DNA of 64,000 bases. Origin: a virus. Its lineage: Duplodnaviria > Caudoviricetes. The stretch is from positions 40-64,039 of IMG/VR virus record IMGVR_UViG_3300033121_001118; one strand, written 5' to 3'. The notes beneath the pieces were generated by a model, which saw nothing but the letters and a program-made list of their open reading frames with translations, was not told the origin of the DNA and did not search any database. Position 1 is the stretch's first letter, and every line of letters starts with the position of its first letter. Below are positions 45,037 to 54,722 of the stretch, piece after piece. The translations under genes and the position numbers were made by a program.

Positions 45037-46458
45037 ATGGCACCGAAGACGGACCTCCAAACAGCGATCGATGCGATGGTCGCGAAGAGAGCCGAACAGA
45101 CGCTCTACTACGAGTACGCCGATGGCATGCAGCCGTTGGTCTACTCGTCGACCAAGCTTCGGGAGATCTTTCACAAGCTCGACGCTCGGTTCATCAAGAA
45201 CATCTGCGCCGTAGTCGTTGACAGCGTGACCGATCGGCTTATCCTCGATCAGCTCGTCGTCGATGGCAACGAGGACATGACCGCCCAGCTCCAGGCCGTT
45301 CGAGAGTCCTCGGGACTGCTAGACGACGAAGCCCAGATCCACGAGGACATCGCCATCACGGGCGAGGCCTTCGTGATCATCTGGCCCTCGCAAGACCAGC
45401 CTGATCAGGTCGTGCTCCCAGACGGGACGCCGGCCGACATCTCGACCATGGGAGGGCCCGAGAACGTCATCATCGAAGCCTTCAGGAACGATCCGAGGAT
45501 GTGTCACGTCGAGTACGAGTTCTCCAACCCCCGCCGTCCTCGCTTCGCTGCGAAGTGGTGGGGGGAAGACGAGTACCTCCGCATGACGCTCTACTATCGA
45601 GATCATCTGGAGAACTACACGACCCGAGGCAAGGTCGTCAACGACATCCTGCCGGACGACAAGGCCTTCATCCCGTGGTCGGACGAGAACATGGACCCGA
45701 TCGTGGAGAACCCGTTCGGCATCATCCCGGTGTTCCACTTTCGCGGGAGTCGACGTCGGCCAGCCTCCCAGCTTCAGAACGTGATCCCTCTTCAGGACAC
45801 GATCAACAAGCTGATCGCCGACATGATGGTTGCGGCCGAGTTCGGAGCCTACCCCCAGCGGTACGTCATCTCGCAGGCGGGCATCCAGAACTTGCAGAAC
45901 GCGCCCAACACCATCTGGGACCTGGTAGCATCGGACCAGGGGTCCCAGCCGACCTCCGCCGGGCAGTTCGATGCTGCGGACCTCGACAACTACTTGAAGT
46001 CGATCGACGCCTTCACGAACGACGTCGGTGTGATCACGAGGACTCCGAAGCACTTCTTCTACGCGCAAGGCGGGGACCCGTCGGGCGAGGCTCTCATCGC
46101 TATGGAGGCCCCGCTCAACAAGAAGGTCACGAAGATCCAGACGGCCCTTCAGCCGACGTGGCGAGACGTCGCCTCGTTCCTGCTCCAGCTGATCGGCTTG
46201 AACAAGGGAACGGCGAAGCTCTGGGCACAGTACCAAAGGCCCGAGACGGTCCAGCCGAAGACTGAGGCCGAGATTCGCAAGCTCGATAAAGAGACCGGGA
46301 TCCCGTTGAAGTCGATTCTCCGCAACAGCGGCTACTCGACCGAGGACCTAGCCTTGATCGAGCAGGACATGGAAGAGGAGCAGAAGAAGCAAGCTGACTA
46401 CGCTGCGGCCACTCTCGAGCAGGCACAGCGGAACTTCGATAGAGGCCAGGCGGCCTAA
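45037..46458 (+). CDS. Portal protein (SPP1 gp6-like)
   Basis: NICAVVVD, NPFGIIPVFHF, SGEAL; position after TerL. Confidence 0.9.
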   Translation: MAPKTDLQTAIDAMVAKRAEQTLYYEYADGMQPLVYSSTKLREIFHKLDARFIKNICAVVVDSVTDRLILDQLVVDGNEDMTAQLQAVRESSGLLDDEAQIHEDIAITGEAFVIIWPSQDQPDQVVLPDGTPADISTMGGPENVIIEAFRNDPRMCHVEYEFSNPRRPRFAAKWWGEDEYLRMTLYYRDHLENYTTRGKVVNDILPDDKAFIPWSDENMDPIVENPFGIIPVFHFRGSRRRPASQLQNVIPLQDTINKLIADMMVAAEFGAYPQRYVISQAGIQNLQNAPNTIWDLVASDQGSQPTSAGQFDAADLDNYLKSIDAFTNDVGVITRTPKHFFYAQGGDPSGEALIAMEAPLNKKVTKIQTALQPTWRDVASFLLQLIGLNKGTAKLWAQYQRPETVQPKTEAEIRKLDKETGIPLKSILRNSGYSTEDLALIEQDMEEEQKKQADYAAATLEQAQRNFDRGQAA

Positions 46459-49400
46459 TGCCGTCGAGGGCAGTTGATGCGATCAACGCCCATCGGGACG
46501 CCCTGCTGCTTCGAGAACAAGCAGCGATGCAGACTCAAGCACGGGCGTGGTTGGGTGTGGAGGCGGAGCTCAATCGTGTAGCCGTCCCCTTGATCGAGCA
46601 GGCGAGAGCCGGCAATCTTACTCGGAACCAGATCGTTCAGCTCGAACGATACCGGGCATTGATGGACCAGACTTCGACGCAGCTCAAGGGCTACGAAGGC
46701 TTCATGGGAGAGCAAGTGCGGGACGGTCAACGAACGGCCGCCTCGTTGGCGATCGATCATGCGGTCGGGGCGATCAACGCCTCGGCTCAAGAGGTCGGAG
46801 CCATGTCCGTGCAGTTCAATCGGTTGCCAGTTGCAGCCGTGGAGAACATGGTGGGGTCGACGACAACGGGGTCGCCGCTCTCATCGGTCCTAGCCGATGC
46901 CTCCCAAGGCGCTCCCGAACGGCTAGGACAAGAGCTCATTAACAGCATCGCACTCGGACGGAACCCTGTCGAGACCGCTCGTCTAGCAGTACGGCGAGGC
47001 CTCGGCCCCACGTTCACCCGGATGCGGACTATAGCTAGAACGGAACAGCTGAGAGTCTACCGAGAGGTCAGTCTCGCTACGTACAGCCACAGCGGTGTGG
47101 TCGACGAGTACCGGAGGCTCTCAGCTAGAGATTCACGAGTGTGTCCAGCCTGTCTGTTCTCGGACGGGCGAACCTACCCGATCTCCAAGCCCTTCGCCGA
47201 ACACCCCCAAGGTCGGTGCACAACGGTGCCGGTGATTAGAGGCTACAAGGCCCCTGCGTATGAGACCGGCGAGGAATGGTTCAAGAGACAGAACGTCGAC
47301 ACCCAGAAGAAGATCCTCGGCAACACTCGATACGATCTATGGAGAGAGGGCAAGGTCAAGAACCTCGGCGACTTCATCGAAGAGACCCACAATGACGAGT
47401 GGGGCGACTCGATGACTACACGATCGCTGTACGACGTGGTCGGACATCGACCGGTACGGCCCGATCGGAGCCCGAGCATCGTCGACGAGTCCCGAATGGA
47501 CTACTTCAACGCTAGCTCGGGCAGTGGCTTGCCCGAGATGTCTCCCGAAGCGGCCGAGGCTTGGTCGAAGGGGACAGCAATCCCGGACGAGCTCTGGGTT
47601 GTGAAAGCATCGTCAGGTGCGGACAAGATCCGAATGAACGGCTTCGGCGGGACAGTCATCCTCGACGCCGACCCGAATGCGGTCGCCAAGAAGATGTCGA
47701 ACAACGTCGATGCCCAAGCGGTCCTCGTCAAGGTCAACGTGGCGAAGCCTGCTGTGGTCGCGATCAACCCGATGTCGAGTTCGAAGGACATCGCCGAGAA
47801 GTTCTTCGGTCGGCCTCTCGCTGATCTTCAAGCGGAGACGGGCGAGACGGACGTCTACAAGATCTTCGCTGCGAAGGGCTACGATGCTCTAGACTTGCGA
47901 CCGCCGTCCGGTAAGGGACGCATGGTCATCGTCTTCGACCCCTACGACGCAGTCCCCGTCAAGGCGAAGAAAGAGGGCGGAGGAGGGGGAGGCGGCGGTG
48001 GGATCCGTCTAGGCCCGAAGCGGTGGGAGCCCACGATGTCCAGGAAGGACGCAGACGAGTGGGCCTTCTCGAGTGCTGCGGGACGGGACTTCTATTACGT
48101 CTCGGGGCCGTATCACAAGAGCGGCTTCGACCCGATCGAGGGCTTCAGCACGAAGAACGGGCCCTTCGAGCATCGCTTCGGCAACGGGGTGTACCTCATC
48201 TCCGATCAGGACAAGACGCTGGCTCATTTCCAGGACCTAGCCGGGCCGAACCAGAAGACGATCGTGACGAGGGTGAAAGTCACCAAGATCGCTGTGATCG
48301 AAGACGAGGGGTGGACGATGACCGACGACGAGATGCTACGTCTCGCCTTGAAGGTCAAGCCCAAAGAAGCTCGGGAGATGGTCAAAGCTCACGGTAGTGC
48401 TGAAGCGGCTTTGAAGGCTCGAGGGTACGATGCGATCGAGTTCAAGTCGACACATCTCAAGTCAGTCGGTGGCAACCGCTTGATCGTCTTCAACAAGGAG
48501 AACGTGGTCGCGATCGACGGAGAGACCGGACCTCACGTCCCGAAGGCCGGCAAGCCGAAAGCTCCTGAACCACCGCCGAAGCCGCCGACACCTCCTAAGC
48601 CACCTCCCTCGCCGCCGAAGCCACCGACGACCCCGATCCAGGCCCAAGAAGCTGCACTGAAAGCAGCTGATAAGAAGAAGCGACTCGAGACGCCGAAGAC
48701 ACATTTGACGGCCAAGTATCCGACCGAGGAGTACGGCTTCTACGTTGACGATGAAGAGATCTCGAAGGCCAAGACGACGTCGGAGATCGAGAAGATCCTC
48801 GAGAAGCGATACCCCGGGACGTCATTCGATTTCCAGGGAGCCCACTTCGAGGTAGCACAGACGACGGCGGACGAGTTTCATCGACTGGCCCAGAAGTACC
48901 CGAACGTTGCAGGAGAGCTCAAGTACGTGGGAACGTACGGCACGAAATCGAAAGTCCCAAAGATGGCCTCCGGGACGTTCGGGGATTCGAAGACGATCGC
49001 CCACGCTTCCCGAGATGGCAAGTACATCGGTCTGAATCTTCAGTCGTACGCCAACCCTGAGAAGATGATAAGGGATAACAAGAACAGTGCTTGGTCGGGG
49101 TGGACAGTTCAGCACGAATCGGAAGTCTATCCTGCATTGACCCACGAGTTCGGCCATCACGTCGAGAACTACTACTACAACAAAGCCACACCTCGATCGG
49201 TGGTGACCCCGTACGTTACGAAGTCCGAGTGGGAGGTCAAGAAGACGTACGGCAATCGATCTCGAGGCGGTACGATCAATCATATGCTCTGGGAGTTCAA
49301 CCGATGGACGAAGCCGACCACGGAGCTCTCTAAATACGCTGTAACGACGAATGAAAGTGTTCTCGGGCAGAACGAAGAGGGTTGGGCGGAAGCCTTCACG

Positions 49401-49601
49401 AAAGCCGAACTCTATCCCGAAGAGGATTGGGACCCGTACACTCGGGCTCATCGCCAGTTTATCACGGTCGTGAAGCCGGATATGTCGTTATACGAGAAGC
49501 CGTCTACAGAGATTAGCACGCTCCCGGAGAAGAAGCAAGTCGAGGCTCGAGGTGTGATCCAGGATTTCTACAAGAAAGCGGGGATCCTCTTTAGAGGCTA
49601 G
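46458..49601 (+). CDS. MuF (gp7-like) minor head protein fused to two ART-like domains and a HEXXH metallopeptidase
   Basis: RTIARTE, RVCPAC, HPQGRC (MuF); FGNGVYL..GYDAI..LIVF (ART-like); THEFGH..SKYA..EGWAEAF (zincin). Confidence 0.8.
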   Translation: MPSRAVDAINAHRDALLLREQAAMQTQARAWLGVEAELNRVAVPLIEQARAGNLTRNQIVQLERYRALMDQTSTQLKGYEGFMGEQVRDGQRTAASLAIDHAVGAINASAQEVGAMSVQFNRLPVAAVENMVGSTTTGSPLSSVLADASQGAPERLGQELINSIALGRNPVETARLAVRRGLGPTFTRMRTIARTEQLRVYREVSLATYSHSGVVDEYRRLSARDSRVCPACLFSDGRTYPISKPFAEHPQGRCTTVPVIRGYKAPAYETGEEWFKRQNVDTQKKILGNTRYDLWREGKVKNLGDFIEETHNDEWGDSMTTRSLYDVVGHRPVRPDRSPSIVDESRMDYFNASSGSGLPEMSPEAAEAWSKGTAIPDELWVVKASSGADKIRMNGFGGTVILDADPNAVAKKMSNNVDAQAVLVKVNVAKPAVVAINPMSSSKDIAEKFFGRPLADLQAETGETDVYKIFAAKGYDALDLRPPSGKGRMVIVFDPYDAVPVKAKKEGGGGGGGGGIRLGPKRWEPTMSRKDADEWAFSSAAGRDFYYVSGPYHKSGFDPIEGFSTKNGPFEHRFGNGVYLISDQDKTLAHFQDLAGPNQKTIVTRVKVTKIAVIEDEGWTMTDDEMLRLALKVKPKEAREMVKAHGSAEAALKARGYDAIEFKSTHLKSVGGNRLIVFNKENVVAIDGETGPHVPKAGKPKAPEPPPKPPTPPKPPPSPPKPPTTPIQAQEAALKAADKKKRLETPKTHLTAKYPTEEYGFYVDDEEISKAKTTSEIEKILEKRYPGTSFDFQGAHFEVAQTTADEFHRLAQKYPNVAGELKYVGTYGTKSKVPKMASGTFGDSKTIAHASRDGKYIGLNLQSYANPEKMIRDNKNSAWSGWTVQHESEVYPALTHEFGHHVENYYYNKATPRSVVTPYVTKSEWEVKKTYGNRSRGGTINHMLWEFNRWTKPTTELSKYAVTTNESVLGQNEEGWAEAFTKAELYPEEDWDPYTRAHRQFITVVKPDMSLYEKPSTEISTLPEKKQVEARGVIQDFYKKAGILFRG

Positions 49602-49603
49602 AG

Positions 49604-49822
49604 ATGACATTTCCACCACCCATCTGCATGGTGTGCAGACACGTTAACGAATCGGGAATCTCGTGCACAGCTTACTCGACGAGAATCCCAGACGCTATCT
49701 TACGTAGTGAGGTCGACCATCGACGTCCGTACAAGGACGACAACGGCATCCAGTTCGAGCCGAACCCCGCGATGCCAGCAGATCTGGTCGAGTCGATTAT
49801 CGAGGGCGCAGTAGTCAACTGA
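49604..49822 (+). CDS. Small Cys/His protein, candidate immunity protein for MuF toxin
   Basis: CMVCRH..CTAY..IPDAI..DHRRPYKDDNGIQF directly after the toxin. Confidence 0.6.
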   Translation: MTFPPPICMVCRHVNESGISCTAYSTRIPDAILRSEVDHRRPYKDDNGIQFEPNPAMPADLVESIIEGAVVN

Positions 49823-49845
49823 GTGAGAAGCTCAAAGGAGAAGCA

Positions 49846-50409
49846 ATGGAAGGCACGCCTCCGGAGAACGGAGCACCCCAGAACGAAGGCCAGGGAGGCC
49901 AGACGCCACCGTCGAACGAGACTCCCGAGGTCGTGAAGTTCGACGAGTGGTACAGCACGCTCGGCGAGCCCTATCAGGAAGCCCTCGACGAGCACATCGC
50001 AGGGCTGAAGTCCGCTTTGACGAACGAGCGTGAGGGGCGAAAGGCCCTTGAACGTCAAGTTCGGGACCTGTCGAAGAAGGCAGATGCGGGCTCCGAGGTA
50101 CAGAAGCAGTTGGATAGCATCGCCGCAAACCTGTCACAGGAGACGCAGCGATCGACGTTCTACGAGACAGCCCACAGCGCCGGGGTCAAGAATCTCAGGC
50201 TCGCTTGGCTGGCTGCTCAGGACGCGAAGCTAATCAACAACGATGGCAGCGTAGATATGGCGAAGCTCAAGGAGACCGCACCTGAGCTCTTCGCTTCATC
50301 TAAACCGGTCATCCCATCCGCTAACGGCGGGACTGGCTCGGGCAATCCACCGGCTTCCCAGAGGTCGATGAACGACGTTCTGCGGTCAGCAGCCGGCATC
50401 AAGATCTAG
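49846..50409 (+). CDS. Head scaffolding protein
   Basis: Low-complexity N-terminus, coiled coil, PELF; precedes major capsid. Confidence 0.8.
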   Translation: MEGTPPENGAPQNEGQGGQTPPSNETPEVVKFDEWYSTLGEPYQEALDEHIAGLKSALTNEREGRKALERQVRDLSKKADAGSEVQKQLDSIAANLSQETQRSTFYETAHSAGVKNLRLAWLAAQDAKLINNDGSVDMAKLKETAPELFASSKPVIPSANGGTGSGNPPASQRSMNDVLRSAAGIKI

Positions 50410-50485
50410 CCCGGGAGGGGTCGGGTCACAAGGCGAGACGCCTTCACAGGACAATCGTCGTCAGTAGCATTCGGAGGTTTGAACA

Positions 50486-51439
50486 ATGCCTTACAACAGC
50501 CTTATCGACCGCACAGGGGTCGAGGCTCTCATTCCGGAAGACGTCTCGAGGGAGATCATTCAGGGTGTTCCCGAATCGTCTTTCATCATGCGGATGGCAC
50601 GCCGCCTTCCCAACATGACCCGCGACCAACAGCGTCTGCCGGTCCTCTCGTCCTTGATCACGGCCTACTTCGTGGCGGGCGACACTGGCCTGAAGCAGAC
50701 TAGCCGGGCCCAGTGGGCGAACAAGTACATCAACGCGGCCGAGCTGGCCGTCATCGTTCCCATTCCCGAGGCTGTCCTGGCCGATGTCGACTACGACATC
50801 TGGTCGGAGATCCGGCCCCGCATCGTGGAAGCGATCGGCGTAGCCTTCGACCAGGCGGTGATGTACGGCACCAACGCTCCCGCTGACTGGCCTACCGCTC
50901 TCGTTCCCGGCGCCGTCGGGGCAGGCAACGCCGTGACGATCGGCACCGTCGGTACCGACCTGTACGACGACATCATGTCCGAGAACGGCGTGTTGTCGAA
51001 GGTCGAGCTCGATGGGTTCGATGTCACCGGCCACCTCGCAGCGATGCGCATGAAGTCGAAGCTCCGCGGTCTTCGTGACCTCCAGGGCCAGCCGCTCTTC
51101 GTTCGGACGATGCAGACTCGGACGCCTTACGAGCTCGATGGCTCGCCCCTGGACTTCCCGAAGAACGGCGCCATCGACGACACCCAGAGCCTGATGGTCT
51201 CGGGCGACTGGACGCAATTGGTTTACGCGATCCGTCAGGACATCACGTACAAGCTCTTGACGGAAGCCGTGATCCAAGACAACACAGGGGCGATCATCTA
51301 CAACCTGCCTCAGCAGGACATGGTCGCCTTGCGTACCGTCATTCGTTTGGGCTGGCAGCTGCCCAACCCGATCAACCGCATGCAGCAGGTCGAGGCCAGC
51401 CGCTATCCCTTCGGCGTCCTTCTGCCCTCGGGTAGCTAG
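50486..51439 (+). CDS. Major capsid protein (HK97 fold)
   Basis: LIPEDVSREII, ELAVIVPI, NLPQQDMVALRT..RLGW. Confidence 0.92.
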   Translation: MPYNSLIDRTGVEALIPEDVSREIIQGVPESSFIMRMARRLPNMTRDQQRLPVLSSLITAYFVAGDTGLKQTSRAQWANKYINAAELAVIVPIPEAVLADVDYDIWSEIRPRIVEAIGVAFDQAVMYGTNAPADWPTALVPGAVGAGNAVTIGTVGTDLYDDIMSENGVLSKVELDGFDVTGHLAAMRMKSKLRGLRDLQGQPLFVRTMQTRTPYELDGSPLDFPKNGAIDDTQSLMVSGDWTQLVYAIRQDITYKLLTEAVIQDNTGAIIYNLPQQDMVALRTVIRLGWQLPNPINRMQQVEASRYPFGVLLPSGS

Positions 51440-51486
51440 GGCTCAGTTGACTCGATCGAAGAGTTCTCTAGAGGAGATTCGCTAGT

Positions 51487-51972
51487 ATGAAGACAAGCAC
51501 ATCCAAGATCGCCATCCTCGCCTTGACCGTAGCATTCCTGATGGTCGTGGGCGTAATGGCGATCTCGTTCAGCACGGCCCAGGCCGACATTCCCGGGCCC
51601 TTGGCAGCTCCGACTCCCGTCAGCGTCAACCCTGGCTCGGGCGCAGGCCAGACCGCCGTCCTCTGGACGTCGAAGGTCATCACGCAGGACACCGCGACGG
51701 GCTCGATGAGCGTCCAGAACTACGGCAAGGCCGACATCCAGTACTTGGTCGATCAGACGATCGTCAACGCCGCAGCCAACACGACCACGGTAAAGCTTCA
51801 GTTCTCGAACGACGGGACTAACTGGGTGGACGGGATCAACCTCGTCGCTTCGAACATCGCCGATGGCGGGGACATGAACCAGTTCGCCGTCTTCGGCTCG
51901 AAGATGCGTCTGTACGCGGACGTCAGCAACACCAACCCGGTCACTTGGACGCTGAGCGTCGCCGCTAAGTAG
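51487..51972 (+). CDS. Putative decoration protein with signal-peptide-like N-terminus
   Basis: MKTSTSK + hydrophobic core + AQA; KLQFSNDGTNW..RLY jelly-roll-like pattern. Confidence 0.65.
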   Translation: MKTSTSKIAILALTVAFLMVVGVMAISFSTAQADIPGPLAAPTPVSVNPGSGAGQTAVLWTSKVITQDTATGSMSVQNYGKADIQYLVDQTIVNAAANTTTVKLQFSNDGTNWVDGINLVASNIADGGDMNQFAVFGSKMRLYADVSNTNPVTWTLSVAAK

Positions 51973-51980
51973 GAGGAGAG

Positions 51981-52409
51981 ATGGCTTCGCCAACCCCGTC
52001 AGCTGAGATGGTCGATCTCGTAAGACGTCGAACCGGAGAGGTCGAGACCTCGACGTACACCCTGAGTGACATCCAGGAGTACATCGCACGGTACCCTCTC
52101 GTCGACTCCGAGGACCGCGAACCAAGCCACGACGAGTGGTCGGGGGAGTGGGACCTCAACCAAGCTGTTGCTGACATCTGGGAAGAGAAGGCGAACAAGT
52201 TCGTCACCGACTTCGACTTCTCAGCTGACGGCGGGGACTACTCCCGAAGCCAAGTCCATGCCCAGATGCTGGCCATGGCCCGCTTGTATCGGTCTCGTCG
52301 TTCAACGAAGGCCGTTCGTGTGACAGTTCGACCGAAGCCCGACCGCAGGTGGGATCGTGAGCTTTGGGTCGGGAACCTACCGGAGTTGACAGATGATGAC
52401 ATATCGTAA
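51981..52409 (+). CDS. Head-tail connector/adaptor
   Basis: WDLNQAVADIWEEKA..DFSADG..YSRSQ; synteny. Confidence 0.75.
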   Translation: MASPTPSAEMVDLVRRRTGEVETSTYTLSDIQEYIARYPLVDSEDREPSHDEWSGEWDLNQAVADIWEEKANKFVTDFDFSADGGDYSRSQVHAQMLAMARLYRSRRSTKAVRVTVRPKPDRRWDRELWVGNLPELTDDDIS

Positions 52410-52635
52410 TCCCAAAACGGGTCGAGAACAACAGGTCGGAGAGAATGAGTCGGTTCGCCGTCGCATGTTGGAGCAACTCGGATGGAAAGCAGTCGGCACT
52501 GAGGGACAGGACGCCCCGGCAGAGCAGCCCGCAGCTGCCCCAAAGGCAGCAGAGACAAAGGAGCCCACGAAGCTCCCGAGCCACGGACAGCCCCCTGCCA
52601 AGAACGTTCCGGCTAAAGAGGAGAAGACCGAGTGA
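52393..52635 (+). CDS. Small low-complexity protein
   Basis: Coupled ORF. Confidence 0.55.
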   Translation: MMTYRNPKTGREQQVGENESVRRRMLEQLGWKAVGTEGQDAPAEQPAAAPKAAETKEPTKLPSHGQPPAKNVPAKEEKTE

Positions 52636-53024
52636 ACCCGTTCTCGTCGTCAGAACTCGAGAGGATGCGATCGACGCAATCGAACGCGATGATGGACCTA
52701 TGCACGGTCCGATCGTGGTCGCCTACAATCGATTCTCTCGGGTCTGAGGTCGAGGGCTGGACGCTTCGGACGAACGTTCCCTGTGGCCTCGACGTCAGTG
52801 CAAACGTCCAGGCCGAGCAACGTCGGGAGATCGGGACGGCCGTAACCGTCTCGGCTACCCTTCGTCTATCGGTCGAGGACGGTGAGGGCTTGACGGCGAA
52901 GGACTCGATCGTCGTGACCCATCGGAATGGCGAGCTTCTAACGCCCGCTCTTTCGTTCGGTCTCGACGGTCCTCCCAAGCGAGGGCCTACAGGGGTCGTG
53001 CTATCTCTAGTGAGGGTTGACTAA
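52632..53024 (+). CDS. Head closure protein
   Basis: Synteny, NVPCGL motif. Confidence 0.7.
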   Translation: MNPFSSSELERMRSTQSNAMMDLCTVRSWSPTIDSLGSEVEGWTLRTNVPCGLDVSANVQAEQRREIGTAVTVSATLRLSVEDGEGLTAKDSIVVTHRNGELLTPALSFGLDGPPKRGPTGVVLSLVRVD

Positions 53025-53407
53025 TGCCTTCGATGGACATCTCGACACGAATCGACGGCCTCGACGAGCTCTTTCGAGTGCTCGGTCAGCTGTCCGGTGA
53101 GGAGCTTCGGCAAGCTCAACGACAAGGTCTCTATGCAGGGGCCTTCGTGGTCGAGACCGAGGCGAAGGTGAACGCTCCCGTCGACACGGGGTTCTTGAGG
53201 AACTCGATCACGGTCGATGACGTGACGGACACAGAGGCGGTCATCGCCCCTCATACCGAGTACGCTATCTATCCCGAGTTCGGCACGATCCACATGGCGG
53301 CACGTCCGTACCTTCGACCGGCTCTTCTCGAGCATCAGGACGAGGTGAGGGAAGCCATCCGGGCTGTCCTAGCCGACTTCCTTCGTTCACGAGGAGCTGC
53401 AGTATGA
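53024..53407 (+). CDS. HK97 gp10-like neck protein
   Basis: APVDTGFLRNSI, YAIYPEFGT, RPYLRPA. Confidence 0.88.
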   Translation: MPSMDISTRIDGLDELFRVLGQLSGEELRQAQRQGLYAGAFVVETEAKVNAPVDTGFLRNSITVDDVTDTEAVIAPHTEYAIYPEFGTIHMAARPYLRPALLEHQDEVREAIRAVLADFLRSRGAAV

Positions 53408-53799
53408 TCTTGGAAGAGGGCATTCGGGCAACGCTTCTGGCTGACGCGGGAGTCTCGGCCTTGATCGGGACGAGGGTCTACCCGAGGAAGGCCCCGCAGA
53501 CGCCCGGACTGCCCTTGATCACGATGACGAGAGTAGCCACTGGTCGGGGCCATGACATGCAGGGGTCTGACGGTCTCCCGAACAGCACCATCCAGCTCGC
53601 CTGCTGGGCTGTCACGCCTCTCGAAGCGTCTTCGGTGGCGACCGCAGTGAAGGGTCGGCTCGAAGGTCGTCTCTGGGAGACGTGGGGTGACGTTCTAGTG
53701 GAGAGCAGTTTATGTGTAGGTGAGCGAGATCTAGACGACCCCGATACCGGCCGTGCTGGTGTGGGACTGGACTTCGCCATTCAGTATCAGGAGACGTAA
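53404..53799 (+). CDS. Tail terminator (DUF3168-like)
   Basis: LIGTRVYP..AP..LPLIT, IQLACWA. Confidence 0.82.
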   Translation: MILEEGIRATLLADAGVSALIGTRVYPRKAPQTPGLPLITMTRVATGRGHDMQGSDGLPNSTIQLACWAVTPLEASSVATAVKGRLEGRLWETWGDVLVESSLCVGERDLDDPDTGRAGVGLDFAIQYQET

Positions 53800-53801
53800 C
53801 C

Positions 53802-54242
53802 ATGCCGGGAAAGGCAGCTTTCGGGTGTGTGGTGAACTTCGGTACGACGACCGGGACTACGACGACCGGGACGTTGACCAACGTCACTAACATCAGCGGC
53901 TTGGACGGCGAGACGGAAGTCATCGACGTTACGAGCCATGACAGCGGTAGTGCCTATCGAGAGAAGGTCGCCAGCTTCCTCGATGCAGGCCAAGTCACGT
54001 TCGAGTTGAACTTCGACCCGAACGCGACTAGCCATCGGGCCACTACTGGCGGCATCATGTGGATCAAGGATCAGCGTATCATCGTCCCTTGGGTCGTGAC
54101 GTTCCCCGGGACGCCGATCCACAAGGTCTCGTTCAGTGGCTTCGTCAAGAGTGCCCCGTTCGACGCACCCTTCGACGACAAGCTGTCATCGACAATCACG
54201 GTCGAGGTCACGGGCTCGGCCACTTGGACGTACGGCACGTAG
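53802..54242 (+). CDS. Major tail tube protein
   Basis: VIDVTSHDS..YREKVASFLDAGQVTFELNFDP. Confidence 0.85.
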   Translation: MPGKAAFGCVVNFGTTTGTTTTGTLTNVTNISGLDGETEVIDVTSHDSGSAYREKVASFLDAGQVTFELNFDPNATSHRATTGGIMWIKDQRIIVPWVVTFPGTPIHKVSFSGFVKSAPFDAPFDDKLSSTITVEVTGSATWTYGT

Positions 54243-54722
54243 ATGGATCTAACAACGTTCAGCGGCATTCGCTTGGACGTAGGCAGCGGGGCACAGACTC
54301 GTCAAGGTTGGGTAGGTCTAGACAACCGGAGTCACCCCGCTGTCACTCTCGTCCATGATCTCGATGTCCGGCCGTGGCCGCTCCCGGACGAGTCAGCTGT
54401 GGAGGCGTTTGCCGGGTTCGTTATAGCTCGTGTGACGCCAGTACGTTGGGGCTTCTTCCACTTCATGAACGAGATCTGGCGGATCTTGAAGCCAGATGGC
54501 GTGTTGACAGCTACCACGTACTACGGCGTCAATGCTCGGTATCTCGGTGACCCTGCGGCCTGCAACCCAGTGGTCGAGTCGACGTTCTATCACTTCGATC
54601 CGTCCCATCCCTCGGAGCTGTGGTACGTCTACCAGCCGAAGCCTTGGAAGATTCTCGACCTCAGATGGTCGGTGGATGGGAACATCGAAGCAGCTATGCA
54701 GAAGGTCGTGATCGATGACTAA
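54243..54722 (+). CDS. Class I SAM-methyltransferase-like protein
   Basis: LDVGSG, GLD, HDLDVRPWPLPD, EIWRILKPDG; usual EH motif replaced by AR. Confidence 0.75.
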   Translation: MDLTTFSGIRLDVGSGAQTRQGWVGLDNRSHPAVTLVHDLDVRPWPLPDESAVEAFAGFVIARVTPVRWGFFHFMNEIWRILKPDGVLTATTYYGVNARYLGDPAACNPVVESTFYHFDPSHPSELWYVYQPKPWKILDLRWSVDGNIEAAMQKVVIDD

